DNA of 63,730 nt, counting the filler, from Octopus bimaculoides (Eukaryota), in the NCBI RefSeq assembly GCF_001194135.2. It is 4 parts of 4 records of this genome, joined end to end, with 100 filler letters (N's around TTAATTAATTAA, not from the genome) between each part and the next. Parts side by side here need not be neighbours in the genome. Positions count along the whole stretch, not along the records: positions 1 to 20,952 come from NC_068999.1; 3 more parts are not named here. One strand, given 5' to 3'. Made by a program: the position numbers and the translations under genes. The first letter of the stretch is position 1. Each line of letters starts with the position of its first letter. This document shows positions 1 through 10,660 of this stretch, piece after piece. Below the pieces are notes generated by a model. The model was not told the DNA's origin and searched no databases. It saw only the letters and a program-made list of their open reading frames with translations.

Positions 1-450
1 AAGATTATCGACGAGGCATTATTGGATTCAGGTTTCTATTTCCTGGATTGTTGCATTATGACTTTGTCTTTTCAAATAATTTCGATAACTACGAGCAGAA
101 ATTCTGGATTCGTTTCATATCTGATATGACCTAAGTAAATGTTATTTCGGACTTTTTCTAAACTCTTTTGGCAAATTTGTAACTGGATTTGGATGTTTTT
201 ACTTAATTTTACCTTTATACCCCATTTCAAACCATGTACATTGGTAGTCGTCACGGTCAAACTACATTTCTCATTACCCTGATTTTGTTTTACAAGCATT
301 TCTGCGATACAGTCATCTCAGGGTACGTGATTTCAGCGCCTACTGGAATTGTAATATATGACCACTAATTTGGAAATATGGTTTATTATTCCGTTAAGGA
401 AACGATAAATTTTTAGAATTTAAAAACTACACTGTTTTTATCTAAGAGGC

Positions 451-487
451 CGCTTCTCGGCGTTTTAACCAAGATCAAATTTGTAGT
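451..487 (+). pseudogene. U2: 3'-truncated U2 snRNA fragment (about nt 3-37 of U2)
   Basis: cgcttctcggcgttttaaccaagatcaaatttgtagt aligns with the conserved U2 5' end CGCTTCTCGGCCTTTTGGCTAAGATCAAGTGTAGT, with about 5 substitutions and a 2-nt insertion. Similarity stops after the branch-pairing GTAGT, and no Sm site or 3' stem-loops follow. Confidence 0.7.
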
Positions 488-702
488 TCACAGTTTGAAA
501 AGCTATAATCACGATACACACACTTAATATGTTTGTGTTGTTGGGTTGGTAAGGCATGTATGCAAGTGTGTGTGTGTGTGCATCACTGTGAACACTTAAG
601 GAGTGTGAGGTGGAAGTTTTCTCTGAATGTTTGTGTTTGTGTCTATTTTCTTGAATTGCAATGAGTATCTACCTATCTATCTATATCTTGTGTGTGCTTG
701 GA

Positions 703-1646
703 GATTCCGAAAATTAGGTCGTAAGATCATTCCAACCCAAGCTGAGAACTGACAGAAAATAGAAAGTCCGGGAGGCTGTGAATGCAACAAAAATTAGCCT
801 CAAGATCAACGAAATAATAGGACACTGAGACCAATAGGCAGGGACTAGGCTCGAAGACAAAAGGGAAGTCAAAGGAGGGCATGGTTATTCAGTAAGTGAT
901 TGCAGAAAAGGCCACCAAGAGAACCCATAAGGTAGTCCGGCAAAGAGAGAGTGTGCCAAATGGAATGATCAGTAGCTCTTCGAGTTAGCTTCATCCTCAG
1001 GTCTGTATATGACCTCCTGCCTTCATACAAACCTGTTGAGGTGGGGAAAATTAGATAACTCAACATGCCATTCTGCGAAGGCAGACAAACTGTGGAGTTC
1101 ATGTGAAGTCACATTAGTCCAAAGGTGGTACACATAAAATAACAATCAAGTGCTTAAAAAGATCTTGCGCTGTGAGAGAAAAGACAATGCTATCAGTAGC
1201 TCCACTATATCAGGGGATAAAAATGGTAGCCTGGAATAGCTGTATCAATTGAATCATGGAAACAGGATCTATTATATGGGTGGAATGACTTGGGAGTGCA
1301 TAGCAAACCTTCCAGAATGGAAAAATCACTCAGCCAACCTCAATAAGAGTGGTATGAGACTGGATATTGTACTCTACTCACTTTCATCAAATTGATTCTG
1401 ATTTAATTCAATATGCCGTGTGAAAGAATTAAGGAAGTTCACTTCTACAAGACTGAAAAATATGGGAGTTTAGCTATCAGATTCAGAGAATCTAGCCTCC
1501 AATTCAATGTCCTTGGCATAGGGGTGGGAGCAAGAGAGTTTTTGGGCAAATTTGTCTATGATCTCATGAAACAGCTATCAATTTCTGGGAGAGAGAGAGA
1601 ACCAGCTGAGAAGAGTCCCAATTGGATTTGGTCAAGGAGGAATTGA
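703..1646 (+). mobile_element. HERO-like (REL-endonuclease) non-LTR retrotransposon, decayed 3' part of the ORF
   Basis: Across stops and frameshifts it reads DSENxVVRSFQPKLRTDRKxKVREAV..LKINEIIG..TETNRQGLG, then LSFILRSVYDLLPS..NLLRWGK..C.FCEGRQTVE (zinc knuckle), then MRLDIVLYS and ORF 1413-1646 (KTEKY..IGVGAREFLGK..AEKSPNWIWSRR). This order and these motifs match HERO-clade proteins as I recall them. Confidence 0.8.
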
Positions 1647-1869
1647 AGTGAATTTCAAAAAGAATTATTTACCCCACAGTCAATTGGCATAACTGAGCTG
1701 GTTACTTTGGCTCTGGACCTCTTTAACCACCCAGGAAAGTTGCAATTCAGACAGTAGCATAGAATGTAGGAGCAGAGAGGTATCCAGGAGTTATGACTTA
1801 AATGGGGCATACAAAGGAGTTAAGAACCAACGCACATGCAAAACTGGGGTGGGGTCCTTCTGTGAAGAC

Positions 1870-2600
1870 CTGCTGTTCAGTTGTCCATGCTCGTAGGGGT
1901 TGGAACGGTTTGACCAGAGCTGGAAAGCTGCATCAGGCTCCACTCTGATTTGGCATAGTTTCTACAGTTGGATGCCCTTTGTAACACCAACCACTTTACA
2001 GAGTGTACTGGGTGCTTTTACATGGCACCGCACAGGTGCTTTTATGTGACACCACATGTGGCTTTGCATGGCACCGCACATGCTTTTATGTGACACCACA
2101 TTGGTGCATCTACATGGCACCAGCACAGGACTCTTGCAGGTCAATTCTCTCCGCCAGGAGGACCAGCCTTGATACTTCTGCATTTGTTATGCACCAGGCA
2201 TCCGGTCCTTTGTCATTTTGCCTGAAAGTTTCAGTGTTCTATGGTCATTCTTCAGTACTTTGTTCCATATCTTCCTGGATCTCCCACTTCCATGTTCCCT
2301 CTACTTTGAGAGAGTGGCACTTCTTTATGGAGCTGTCAGCATCCATCTGCATCACATGAGCAAACTAGCACAGTCTTCTCTCTTGCTTCACAGCATCTAA
2401 TTCCTCTTATGCCTAACCTCTCTCAATACTCTAACACTCTGTTGAGCATGTACACGAACATTACACATCCAGTGGAGGAAACCAGCCTCATTCTTTTCTA
2501 ACCTTTGCATGTCCTCTGCATTCAGAATTCACATCTCACTACCATGTAGAATTGATGTCCATACACATGCAGCATACAATCTTCCTTTTACTCAGAGAGT
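1870..2600 (-). mobile_element. RTE-clade LINE, 3' end (older, diverged copy)
   Basis: The reverse strand gives a degenerate RTE C-terminus (QERRLCxFAHVMQMDADSSIKKCHSLKVEG). The 3' UTR matches those at 4000-4244, 7600-7817 and 17719-18100, and carries internal ~23-bp repeats (gcttttatgtgacaccaca). Confidence 0.8.
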
Positions 2601-2673
2601 TTTTATGGATCCTGTGCATCTTCCACATATGAACACTACCTTCTCGGATAATTTTCTTGAGTGTCCAGGTTCA

Positions 2674-4244
2674 GTCCTCTAGGCAATAACACAGGAATTC
2701 AAGACTGGATGCCCTTGGGAGCTCCTCTATGCTGATGACCTTGCCCTAATTGCTGAGTCACTATCAGAACTAGAGGAGAAGTTTCAGGTGCGGAAGCAAG
2801 AGCTGGAATCAAAGGGCCTTAGAGTCAACCTAGCTAAAACTAAAGTCCTAATAAGTAGGAATGTAGACAAAACACAAACCCCTTCAGGTAGATGGCCCTG
2901 CTCCATCTGTAGAAAAGGTGTAGGTAGAAACTTTATAAGATGTACCAAGTGTAAGCTATGGACACATAAGAGGTGCAGCAATATCAAAGGAAGGCTAACT
3001 AGCAAGATAGTTTTTGTATGTGGCAGATGCTCAGGAACAATAAACACTGAAAATGTGCAGAAAACAACCTTTGCCACATTCCAGGGAGAAAAACTAGAAG
3101 TAGTTGATAGCTTTCGCTATCTGGGTGACCAAGTTAGTAGTGGGGGAGGGTGCACTGAAAGTGTAGTTGCTAGAATAAGAATAGCCTGGGCAAAGTTCAG
3201 AGAGCTCTTACCTCTGCTGGTGACAAAGGGCCATGCTACATGGCAGTGAAACATGAGCCGTGACTGCTGAAGACATGCATAAGCTCGCTAGGAATGAAGT
3301 CAGTATTCTCCGATGGATGTGTAATGTCAGTGTGCATACTCGACAGAGTGTAAGTACCTTGAGAGAAAAGTTAGACCTAAGAAGCATCAGTTGTGGTGTG
3401 CAAGAGAGACGATTGCACTGGTATGGACATGTGGCAAGAATGGATGAAAATAGCTGTGAAAAAGTGCTGCACACTAGCAGTTGAGGGAACCTGTGGAAGA
3501 GGAAGACCTGGGATGAGGTAGTGAAGCACGACCCTCAAACTTTAGGCCTCATCGAGGCAATGACTAGTGACCAGGACCTTTGGAAATATGCAGTACATAA
3601 GAAGACCCGGCAAGGCAAGTGAGAGCATAATCTGTGGCCTCTGCCAGAAGTGTAGCCAGCTCACTTATTCATATCTTTACTTCATTGGACACTAAACTCT
3701 GTTTGCGAAGACCTGTTGAGTCAAGTGAATTTGAAATCGAAATCAAACCAAATTCGACGACTGGCACCCATGCCAACCTCTCCTTCATTGGACACTAAAC
3801 TCTGCTTGCGAAGACCTGTTGGTGCAAGTGAAATCGAAATCATAATTGAACCATATTTGATGACTGGCACCTGTGCCATAGGGTACTAACAGCACTGTCT
3901 GAGCGTGATCATTGCCAGAGCAGCTGTCTGGCTTCCATGCTAGTATCCCAAAAATAGCACCATTTGATCGTTACCAGTGTCACCTTACTGGCACGTTAGG
4001 AAATCATTTGAGTGAAGTCGTTGTCAGTGCAGGTGGCACATAAAAAACACCATTTTGAGCGTGGCCGTTGCCAGTACCGTGTGACTGGCCCTCGTGCTGG
4101 TGGTACGTAAAAGCACCCACTACACTCTCAGAGTAGTTGACGTTAGGAAGGGCATCCAGCTGTAGAAACTTTGCCAGATCAGATTGGAGCCTGGTGCAGC
4201 CTTCTTGTTTGCCAGTCCTCAGCGGACGTTAAACGATGATGATG
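2674..4244 (+). mobile_element. RTE-clade LINE, 5'-truncated: RT domains 5-7 with PHD finger, C-terminus, 3' UTR and (GAT)n tail
   Basis: FKTGCPWELLYADDLALIAES (YADD at 2728-2739), VNLAKTKV, VVDSFRYLG, RIRIAWAKFREL and RRLHWYGHVARM are present. There is an internal deletion near 3229, the stop is near 3621, and the tail is cggacgttaaacgatgatgatg. Confidence 0.92.
3681..3871 (+). repeat. Two tandem ~103-bp units in the RTE 3' UTR
   Basis: ttcattggacactaaactctg(t/c)ttgcgaagacctgttg starts at both 3681 and 3784. Confidence 0.8.
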
Positions 4245-4868
4245 TGCAATACAGTGTTCCAGACACGTTAGTTGCTGATAATGGAATGCAATTCTTGGGG
4301 TATGAATTCAAGAACTTCTGTAAAATGCATGTGATAAACCAGGAATGAATTAAGTAATGATGAAACACTAACAAAATTCTTAGGGTATATAGAGTAACTC
4401 CAATCCAAGTACAAATTCAGGAAAGTCACTCACAGAGTTGATGTTCGCAAGAAGAATAAAATCAATTTTTGATAAGTTATTGCTAGAGAAAAAAAAGATG
4501 TAAAGGAAATACGAAAGATGCAATGAAATATTTCAAAGTAGAAGATAAAGTGCATTTTAAAACCTACAGAAATGGTAAAGAAGGCTGGGAGGATGGCCTT
4601 GTCATAAAAAAAATAGGAAGTAAGATGAATCTAATTAAAGGACCATGCTGTGAACATAAGAGACATATAAATCAGCTAAAGAAGAGACATTCCTAAGGAA
4701 GTATTTTTTGATGTATTCGATATCCAGCACTGAAAGTAATGGAGTCCCATAGAACTAGCATAAGAAAATGGAAGTAGACTGAACACCTTGAGATAAGGCC
4801 CAAGCAAAAAAGATACTAAAAAATGATAATAATAGATAAAATTTCTTTCGAAATCTCAAAAGGGGAGG
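4245..4868 (+). mobile_element. Ty3/Gypsy LTR retrotransposon: integrase remnant and polypurine tract
   Basis: VPDTLVADNGMQFLGYEFKNFCKMH (integrase core), then TKFL..YRVTP..GKS..ELMFARRIKSIFDKLL and FKVEDKVHFK..WEDG..KRHINQLKKR. The PPT aaaaggggagg is at 4858-4868. Confidence 0.85.
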
Positions 4869-5108
4869 TGTTGTAGCGAGAGCAAGGCACCCTCTGACAA
4901 GAATAGACGGGACCACTACATATAAATAGTAATCGTCTAACGTAGTTGGCAGTTCACAGTTTGGTCTTCAAAGTCCCAGTACAGTTTACAGTTTGAGTTA
5001 GTGTGTTGGAAATATTGATTGTTGGTTCGTTACATGTTTGTTACTGCCACTGTTCCTATTTTGTATTGTTATAACACTGTTACAGTGTATTCTTTATCCA
5101 TCTCAACA
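4869..5108 (+). mobile_element. 3' LTR of the Gypsy element (240 bp)
   Basis: It starts TGTTG immediately after the PPT, ends CAACA (terminal inverted repeat), and has a TATA box tataaata at 4921. Confidence 0.8.
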
Positions 5109-5189
5109 ATATCAACCATACTACGATATTAGAGGAGTAAGGCTATAACACTTCCTATGCAAGGATAGTGTCTATGGTCTGAAATTTGT

Positions 5190-6005
5190 ATTGACATCAT
5201 ATGAAGCACATATTGTGACACTGACACATCTGCAGCAGAGAAAAGATACCTGTAACTATTTTGCCCAAGTTTGTGGCCATGAAATCAATAACATAATTAG
5301 GATAGTTAATGAACATGAGGAGAGGTATGAAATAAGAGCTGATGTAGATATCTCCCCAAGGAGCATTTGCAAAATCTATTTATCAGAACAAAATAAAAAA
5401 ATGGACCAGTTCACTGAGAAGATAGTACATGGACACTTGGCATGTAAAGCATGAACTAAAGAAGGGACTGACCATTTTAAAAGCTTGGCATAGAGTACTA
5501 ACAAGTTTATGTCATCCCACTTCAATTCAAGTACCTACAACATAGAAGGTAGAAAACATTGACAGACAACAAATGTAGGCTGTGCAAGACCAAGACTGAA
5601 GACATCACCCACATTATTACCAACTGCAAGAGAATGTCTTCCAGATGTTATCTTACCATGAAGCAGTGGCCAGAATAGTCTGGAACAGGATAACAAAAAA
5701 CAAAAAAGGCCTTGAGATAGAGTTGAACCACATTGAGACCAATGGGTCAAAAGAATATTGTTGGGATTTAAAAAGTAAAACAGCCACCAAATTACAACAC
5801 AACTGACCAGATAGTGTGTGGGACTAGGAAAAGATATGTTCTGATGTGGAAATCAGCTGCCCTCTGGACACCAATGTGATCAGAAGAATACAAGAGAAAG
5901 AGGACATCTCTAGGCCATTGATATAGAGTTTGCAAATCCAGTATCCAAGATACACTTTCAGCTTCATACCTATTATTATTGGAGCAACAGGATACATACC
6001 ATTTC
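5190..6005 (+). mobile_element. R4/Dong-like REL non-LTR retrotransposon remnant
   Basis: EKIVHGH, DNKCRLCKTKTEDITHIITNC (CCHC knuckle), and endonuclease motifs VEISCPLDTNV..EKE and YPRYTFSFIPIIIGATG. Several frameshifts. Confidence 0.75.
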
Positions 6006-6098
6006 ATCTGGCTAACCAAAGCCTTGTGAATGAATTTGGTAAACAGAAACTGAAAGAAGCCTGTCATATATATATATGTGTGTGTGTATGTATGTATG

Positions 6099-6144
<46 letters not shown>

Positions 6145-6153
6145 TATGTATGT

Positions 6154-7133
6154 ATATATGAAACAAGTTTAAAATAATGGTCATTGCATAATTTTCCTTT
6201 ATTGGTGCAAATTTGGCTTATAGCTGTTTCCAGTAGTCATTATAGGTACATTACTGATAGGTTTACTCAATTGGTCTATTGATCAATTGAGGAAAATTGA
6301 CATCATCCCATTTATAACAGTATCTTTCAATCCAGGATATCCTGGATAATAAGAGCATTCCTGACCTCTACAATATGACTACAACTAGTATCCTTTTATT
6401 TTCTAACACTATTCCCCCATTATTACTAGATAGCAAAAACTGAACATTGCTGTCTAAGACCAGTGCTCCATAATTGGCATGTCACAGCACACTGGTTTGT
6501 CATGAGACTATGCTAAGTGTGCCCCAGTTAAACCTGAATATAATTTTTTCCCTATATTTTTAGTTCAGGTGTGCCACCGAATTTTGGAAAGGATATAAGT
6601 TTACCACAAATGAAAAAAGGTTGCAGAGCACTGTCTTAGACTGACCATGCCCTTAAAAAGCCCACATCAAATTTCAACACAATGGCTGGAGAATAATCTA
6701 ACCTATATACAATGCTAATATGGTAATGGGTGCTGACCTGACTACAAATACTAATGTTTTTAGACTGTCCGTCTTCCAAATTTGACAGTACAATAAGTGA
6801 CTCTTATACCATCCCCTCACCTACTTCCACCTGTTTGTAACCTGTCTTCCTCTCTTGTCTATTCTACTTGAATATTTCCATGTTCTCCTTCCACCTTCCA
6901 CATACATTAGCCATTCCTCTAGTGCTCTGCTTGTTATAACCAGAAATGGCTCAGACCAAAGTAGCATTAATTTTCTTAGATCATTCAATTTTCCTCAACT
7001 GATCAATAGACCAATTGAGCAAACCTATCAGTAATGTACCTATAATGACTACTGGAAACATCAGTAAGCCAAATTTGCTTCAATAAAGGAAAAATAAGTA
7101 ATGACCATTATTTTTAACTTGTCTCTCATATAT
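6154..7133. mobile_element. Non-autonomous DNA transposon (MITE-like) with ~147-bp terminal inverted repeats
   Basis: 6154-6300 is the reverse complement of 6985-7133 at roughly 90% by eye, including the shared block tttccagtagtcattataggtacattactgataggttt. Both ends sit at TA dinucleotides. Confidence 0.85.
6461..6633. mobile_element. 173-bp hAT-type MITE nested in the long-TIR element
   Basis: Termini are CAGTGCTC...GAGCACTG, flanked by the 8-bp target duplication tctaagac (6453-6460) / tcttagac (6634-6641). This resembles the nTCTAGAn target of hAT-Charlie elements. Confidence 0.75.
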
Positions 7134-7327
7134 CACTGTGTCTGTCTGAGTCCATTAACGGATTTACAATGTAGAATTGTGATGAAGCATAACACTGGAT
7201 CCTACCAAAAGATTACCTGGAGTTCTTTAATAATCTAAGTAACATTGTTAACCTGGTGTGCTAACAGAGAGCTTATGAAGTATTTTGCCCAGATCGGTAA
7301 TCCCTCACTATTTGTTTTGTTTATATA

Positions 7328-7535
7328 CATGGAAGCAAAGTGGCCAAGCTCCTGGGCCTCATGGAGGTAAAGTGGTTGAGTTCCTTTTGAGTGTTGGGCC
7401 TCATGGAAGCAAGGTGGCTGAGTTCCTTTTAAACGGGCCTCATGGAGGCAAGGTGGCTGAGTTCCCTTCAAGCGTTGAGCCTCATGGAGGCAAAGTTGCT
7501 GAGCTCCTTTCGAGTGTTGAGCTTCACCGAGGCAA
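7328..7535 (+). repeat. 39-42-bp minisatellite (about 4.5 units) derived from the RTE ORF end
   Basis: The unit g(g/a)gcctcatggaggcaaggtggctgagttcctt... is repeated and runs into cttcaccgaggcaataacc, the RTE C-terminal sequence. Confidence 0.8.
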
Positions 7536-7817
7536 TAACCAAAACCTTTGGCATTATGTTGTGCTTGAGAAGAAGGCCCATCAAGCCAAGTAAAATCGCT
7601 GTCATAGCAGATACTAGTGTCATGCAAATGGCATGTAAAAGCACCCATTACACTCTCAGAGTGGTTAGCGTTAGAAAGGGCATCCAGCTATAGAAAACCA
7701 TGCCACCAAATCAGACTGGATCATGGTGCAGCTTTCCAGCATGCCAGCCCAGCCAAACCATCCAACCCATACCAGCATGGACAACGGACATTAAAGGATG
7801 ATGATGATGATGATGAT
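7500..7817 (+). mobile_element. RTE LINE 3' end with (GAT)n tail
   Basis: It reads ...gtgcttgagaagaaggcccatcaagccaagtaa, followed by a 3' UTR homologous to 4080-4244 and ending cggacattaaaggatgatgatg. Confidence 0.8.
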
Positions 7818-7829
7818 ATATATAAACAC

Positions 7830-8290
7830 ACACGTGTGTGTGTCTTTGTGTCTATGTTTGTTTCCCCTCCACTGCTTGACAACCAGTGTTGGTGTGTTTG
7901 CGTTCCTGTAACTTAGTGGTTTGGCAATCTATCTATCTAGGTCATTCCTCAGGATGCCCCAAGACACGTTTTCCCCACTCATCTTAATCTTCCTTAATGG
8001 TCCTCAGCTCCTGTACCCCTTCTGTACCAGTATCCTCCAGCAAGTTGTCAATATAGGTCACCTTCCACCTTCCTCCTGGTTCTTCCTTCCGTTGGTTGCC
8101 AGAGCACTAGCTTGTTAGCAATTTCATCAGATTGTCTGATACAGTGTCCATATAGCCTCATCCTTCTATGCTGGCAAAAGAGACCAATAGAATAAGTACC
8201 AGACTCAAAAAAAAAGAGAAGTACTAAAATTTCAAGGTGGTGCCCTAGCATGGCCACAGTCTAATGAATGAAACAAGTAAAAGATAAAAG
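7830..8290 (+). mobile_element. tRNA-derived SINE family A, 3' half, split by an inserted LINE fragment
   Basis: 7830-7927 and 8172-8290 are consecutive parts of the family-A copy at 33416-33823. The tail is gaaacaagtaaaagataaaagat. Confidence 0.75.
7928..8171 (-). mobile_element. 5'-truncated RTE-like LINE of a second family, (TAGA)n tail, 6-bp TSD
   Basis: The reverse strand reads QHRRMRLYGHCIRQSDEIANKLVLWQPTEGRTRR. It is flanked by tggcaa at 7922-7927 and 8172-8177. Confidence 0.75.
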
Positions 8291-8369
8291 ATACATACAT
8301 ACATACACACACATACACACACACATATATACATATACAAAAATTAGAAAAATATGACAGCCAGAAATC

Positions 8370-9250
8370 TCCTCTTACAAAAAGGCAATGTCCCACAATG
8401 GATTTGCAGTACCAGTGCTGATTCCAACATTTGGGATTCTTGATTAGTCTGTAGAAAATATCCATTCCATAAACATTAAAATCTACAAGATAATGAACAT
8501 CAAGTGGAAATTTCCACAGAAATAGTGATACCAACAGGCACTACCTAAGAAGAGATAAAGGAAGTAGAAACTTGAGATCTGTGCACACAGCCTTCGAATG
8601 TCATATAATCTCTTTCAGACAGCACCTGCTAAACAATAGCAGCAGAAATAAATACATTGACTTAGTGCTGAAAAGTGAAGAAAACAATATCTTATGTATT
8701 GGCAGTGAGCTCCTCAGGAAGCACTCTCTTCTTGATGACCTCCCATACAACCCCAAAACAGTTGGACTTACATATCTCAATGAAGACCTGGAGGTGAAAA
8801 CGCTCAGCATACCAAAAAAAGACCATGTGTGGGTATGTTTCCCAAAGACTTGAAGAAGACAGTAATATCAACATGAAGCACAGCCTCTTTTGGACTTGTG
8901 ACTGCTACATTACATCACACTTCGAAAGCTATGCATGTGCAATCCAAGAACGGAAGATTGCTACAAAATATCTAATAAACAAAGGAGACAGTGAAGCCTT
9001 CGGAGCTCCAAGATGCAACTGAAAACGTAGATTATTACGTATTTCAGTGGAAGACATCACATGATTAGCAGCTGTCCAAAAATGTCATCAAAGTACTCCC
9101 TATGCGACACAACATTGTCACTAAAACAACATACTATGCCAGTCAGGAAAAAGACTTTCCTGGAATAAATATAGAGAATCACCCTGTTATTGAATACATA
9201 CGCAAATCTCAACACAAGGAATACTGGCACAACATTCCCATCAAATTTTT
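8370..9250 (+). mobile_element. R4/Dong-like REL non-LTR retrotransposon remnant (RT thumb to zinc knuckle)
   Basis: KAMSHNGFAVPVLIPTFGILD, NFHRNSDTNRHYLRRDKGSRNL, ITSHFESYACAIQERKIATKYL, VEDIT..ISSCPKMSSK and MRHNIV. Confidence 0.8.
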
Positions 9251-9499
9251 GAGAATTTATGACCCCTCCACCACATCCCCACTACCATCCAGATCAATTT
9301 TAACCAAATTTTTTTGCACTACATACTTCAATATGATGGGAGAAGCCTTTTTGGTAAGAAAAAATGTTTTGGAAATATTTTCAGATGAAAAGTGTGGAAT
9401 TTAAGGGAGATTTAACCATTGTTTCTAGCACATCCCATGACCACATGGTGCCCTCCTCGTTTCTTCGTCACTCTGATGTATTAATGTTTTATCATGTTG

Positions 9500-9831
9500 T
9501 GGGATGACTCACTTTCTGTTGATTAGAACTGGGTTTTTTTTGAGCATAACTTGATTTTGTACAGTGGACCTAGGTTTATTGAGCATCCAGGATAAGTCCT
9601 CAGTACTTTGACATGGATTCTCTGCAGTTGTTGTTTTCATAGTGTCATTATTTAGAATAGTTGGTCTTCCTGATCAATACTCATCCAAAAGATAAAAATC
9701 ACTATTTTTGAATTTGTTAAGCCATCTTTGGTACTTCCAAATACCCACACTGCTAGGGATATGCAGTACATATGTTTCTCCTTGTACAAGTTGCATTGAT
9801 GCCTTTACAAAATTCATAAAGAATTTGCATG
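9500..9831 (-). mobile_element. Mariner transposase N-terminal (HTH) remnant
   Basis: The reverse strand reads ILYEFCKGINA...RNIC, QRWLNKFKNSDF.L.DE.xSGRP and ENPCQSTEDLS.MLNKP.STVQ, typical of the mariner/SETMAR-type DNA-binding region. Confidence 0.75.
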
Positions 9832-9986
9832 CTAACTATGCAGCTCACTACAATTCTTGTCTTTCATGGGTTATCAGATAGAACTTACACCACACAGTGC
9901 ATGTCCACATTAATCTTTGGTAATTAAGTCTATATTGATTGGTTTGTAAACTATTTGGAGGTAGATCATAAATTTTCAAAACTGCT

Positions 9987-10660
9987 GGGTCGTTGATGAC
10001 CTCTTTCTAGCATATTGGATGTCCACCTAGTGGTCATTCCTTATACACGTGTAATACAATTATTTCTGAATTTTCAGATTTTTTTATATGCTAGGCCATT
10101 TGGTTTTAAATTGAATTAATATTCAATTTATCACCCTATATATATAAATAATAATTTAAATAGTTATTGTCTCCAGCCAGCAACATATACTGCAGTGAAT
10201 TATTCTCTGCAGAATTGTTTCCGGAATTTGGTGCGCCAGAGCTGAGGCATTTTGAAAAATAACCCCAATGTAATCGGTAGAACTGTATGCAAGTCTTATT
10301 TCATGAAGACAATTCATGTATAGTTCTGCAAATTACGTTGATTCTAGAACGGTTGTGCTGATGAGAACTCGGATGTTGTTACGTAGGTAAACTGTTAATG
10401 TTCGAAACTGCGGTACACAACTAATTCTTTATTCTGTATATTTCTCATTTTGTCTTGTTCTGGTGTTTTGGGAAGTTTTTTCTGGAGAACATTATTTTTC
10501 TTTGTGGTTGGGTCGTTGATGACCTCTTACTAGCATATTGGATGTCCACCCTTATAAGGTCATCCCTTATACACGTGTAATACAATTTTTTCTGAATTTT
10601 CAGATTTTTTTATATGCTAGACCACTTGGTTTTAAATTGAATTAATATTCAATTTATCAC
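9987..10660 (+). repeat. Direct duplication of ~150 bp with 523-bp period; the second copy runs into a gap
   Basis: gggtcgttgatgacctctt...attcaatttatcac occurs at 9987-10134 and 10510-10660, about 93% identical by eye. Confidence 0.85.

Noticed and set aside
1-420. Hydrophobic peptide patches (ISWIVAL, CYF, FGCFYLILPL, TTFLITLILF) that suggest a GPCR pseudogene, and a minus-strand GAEITYPE resembling FLVCR transporters
   Set aside because: The GPCR reading needs three or more frameshifts and has no DRY, CWxP or NPxxY anchor. The GAEITYPE frame is closed by stops on both sides. AT-rich DNA gives such patches by chance.
7328-7535. Regular ~42-bp repeats as a CRISPR-like array
   Set aside because: There are no unique spacers, the context is eukaryotic, and the unit derives from RTE.
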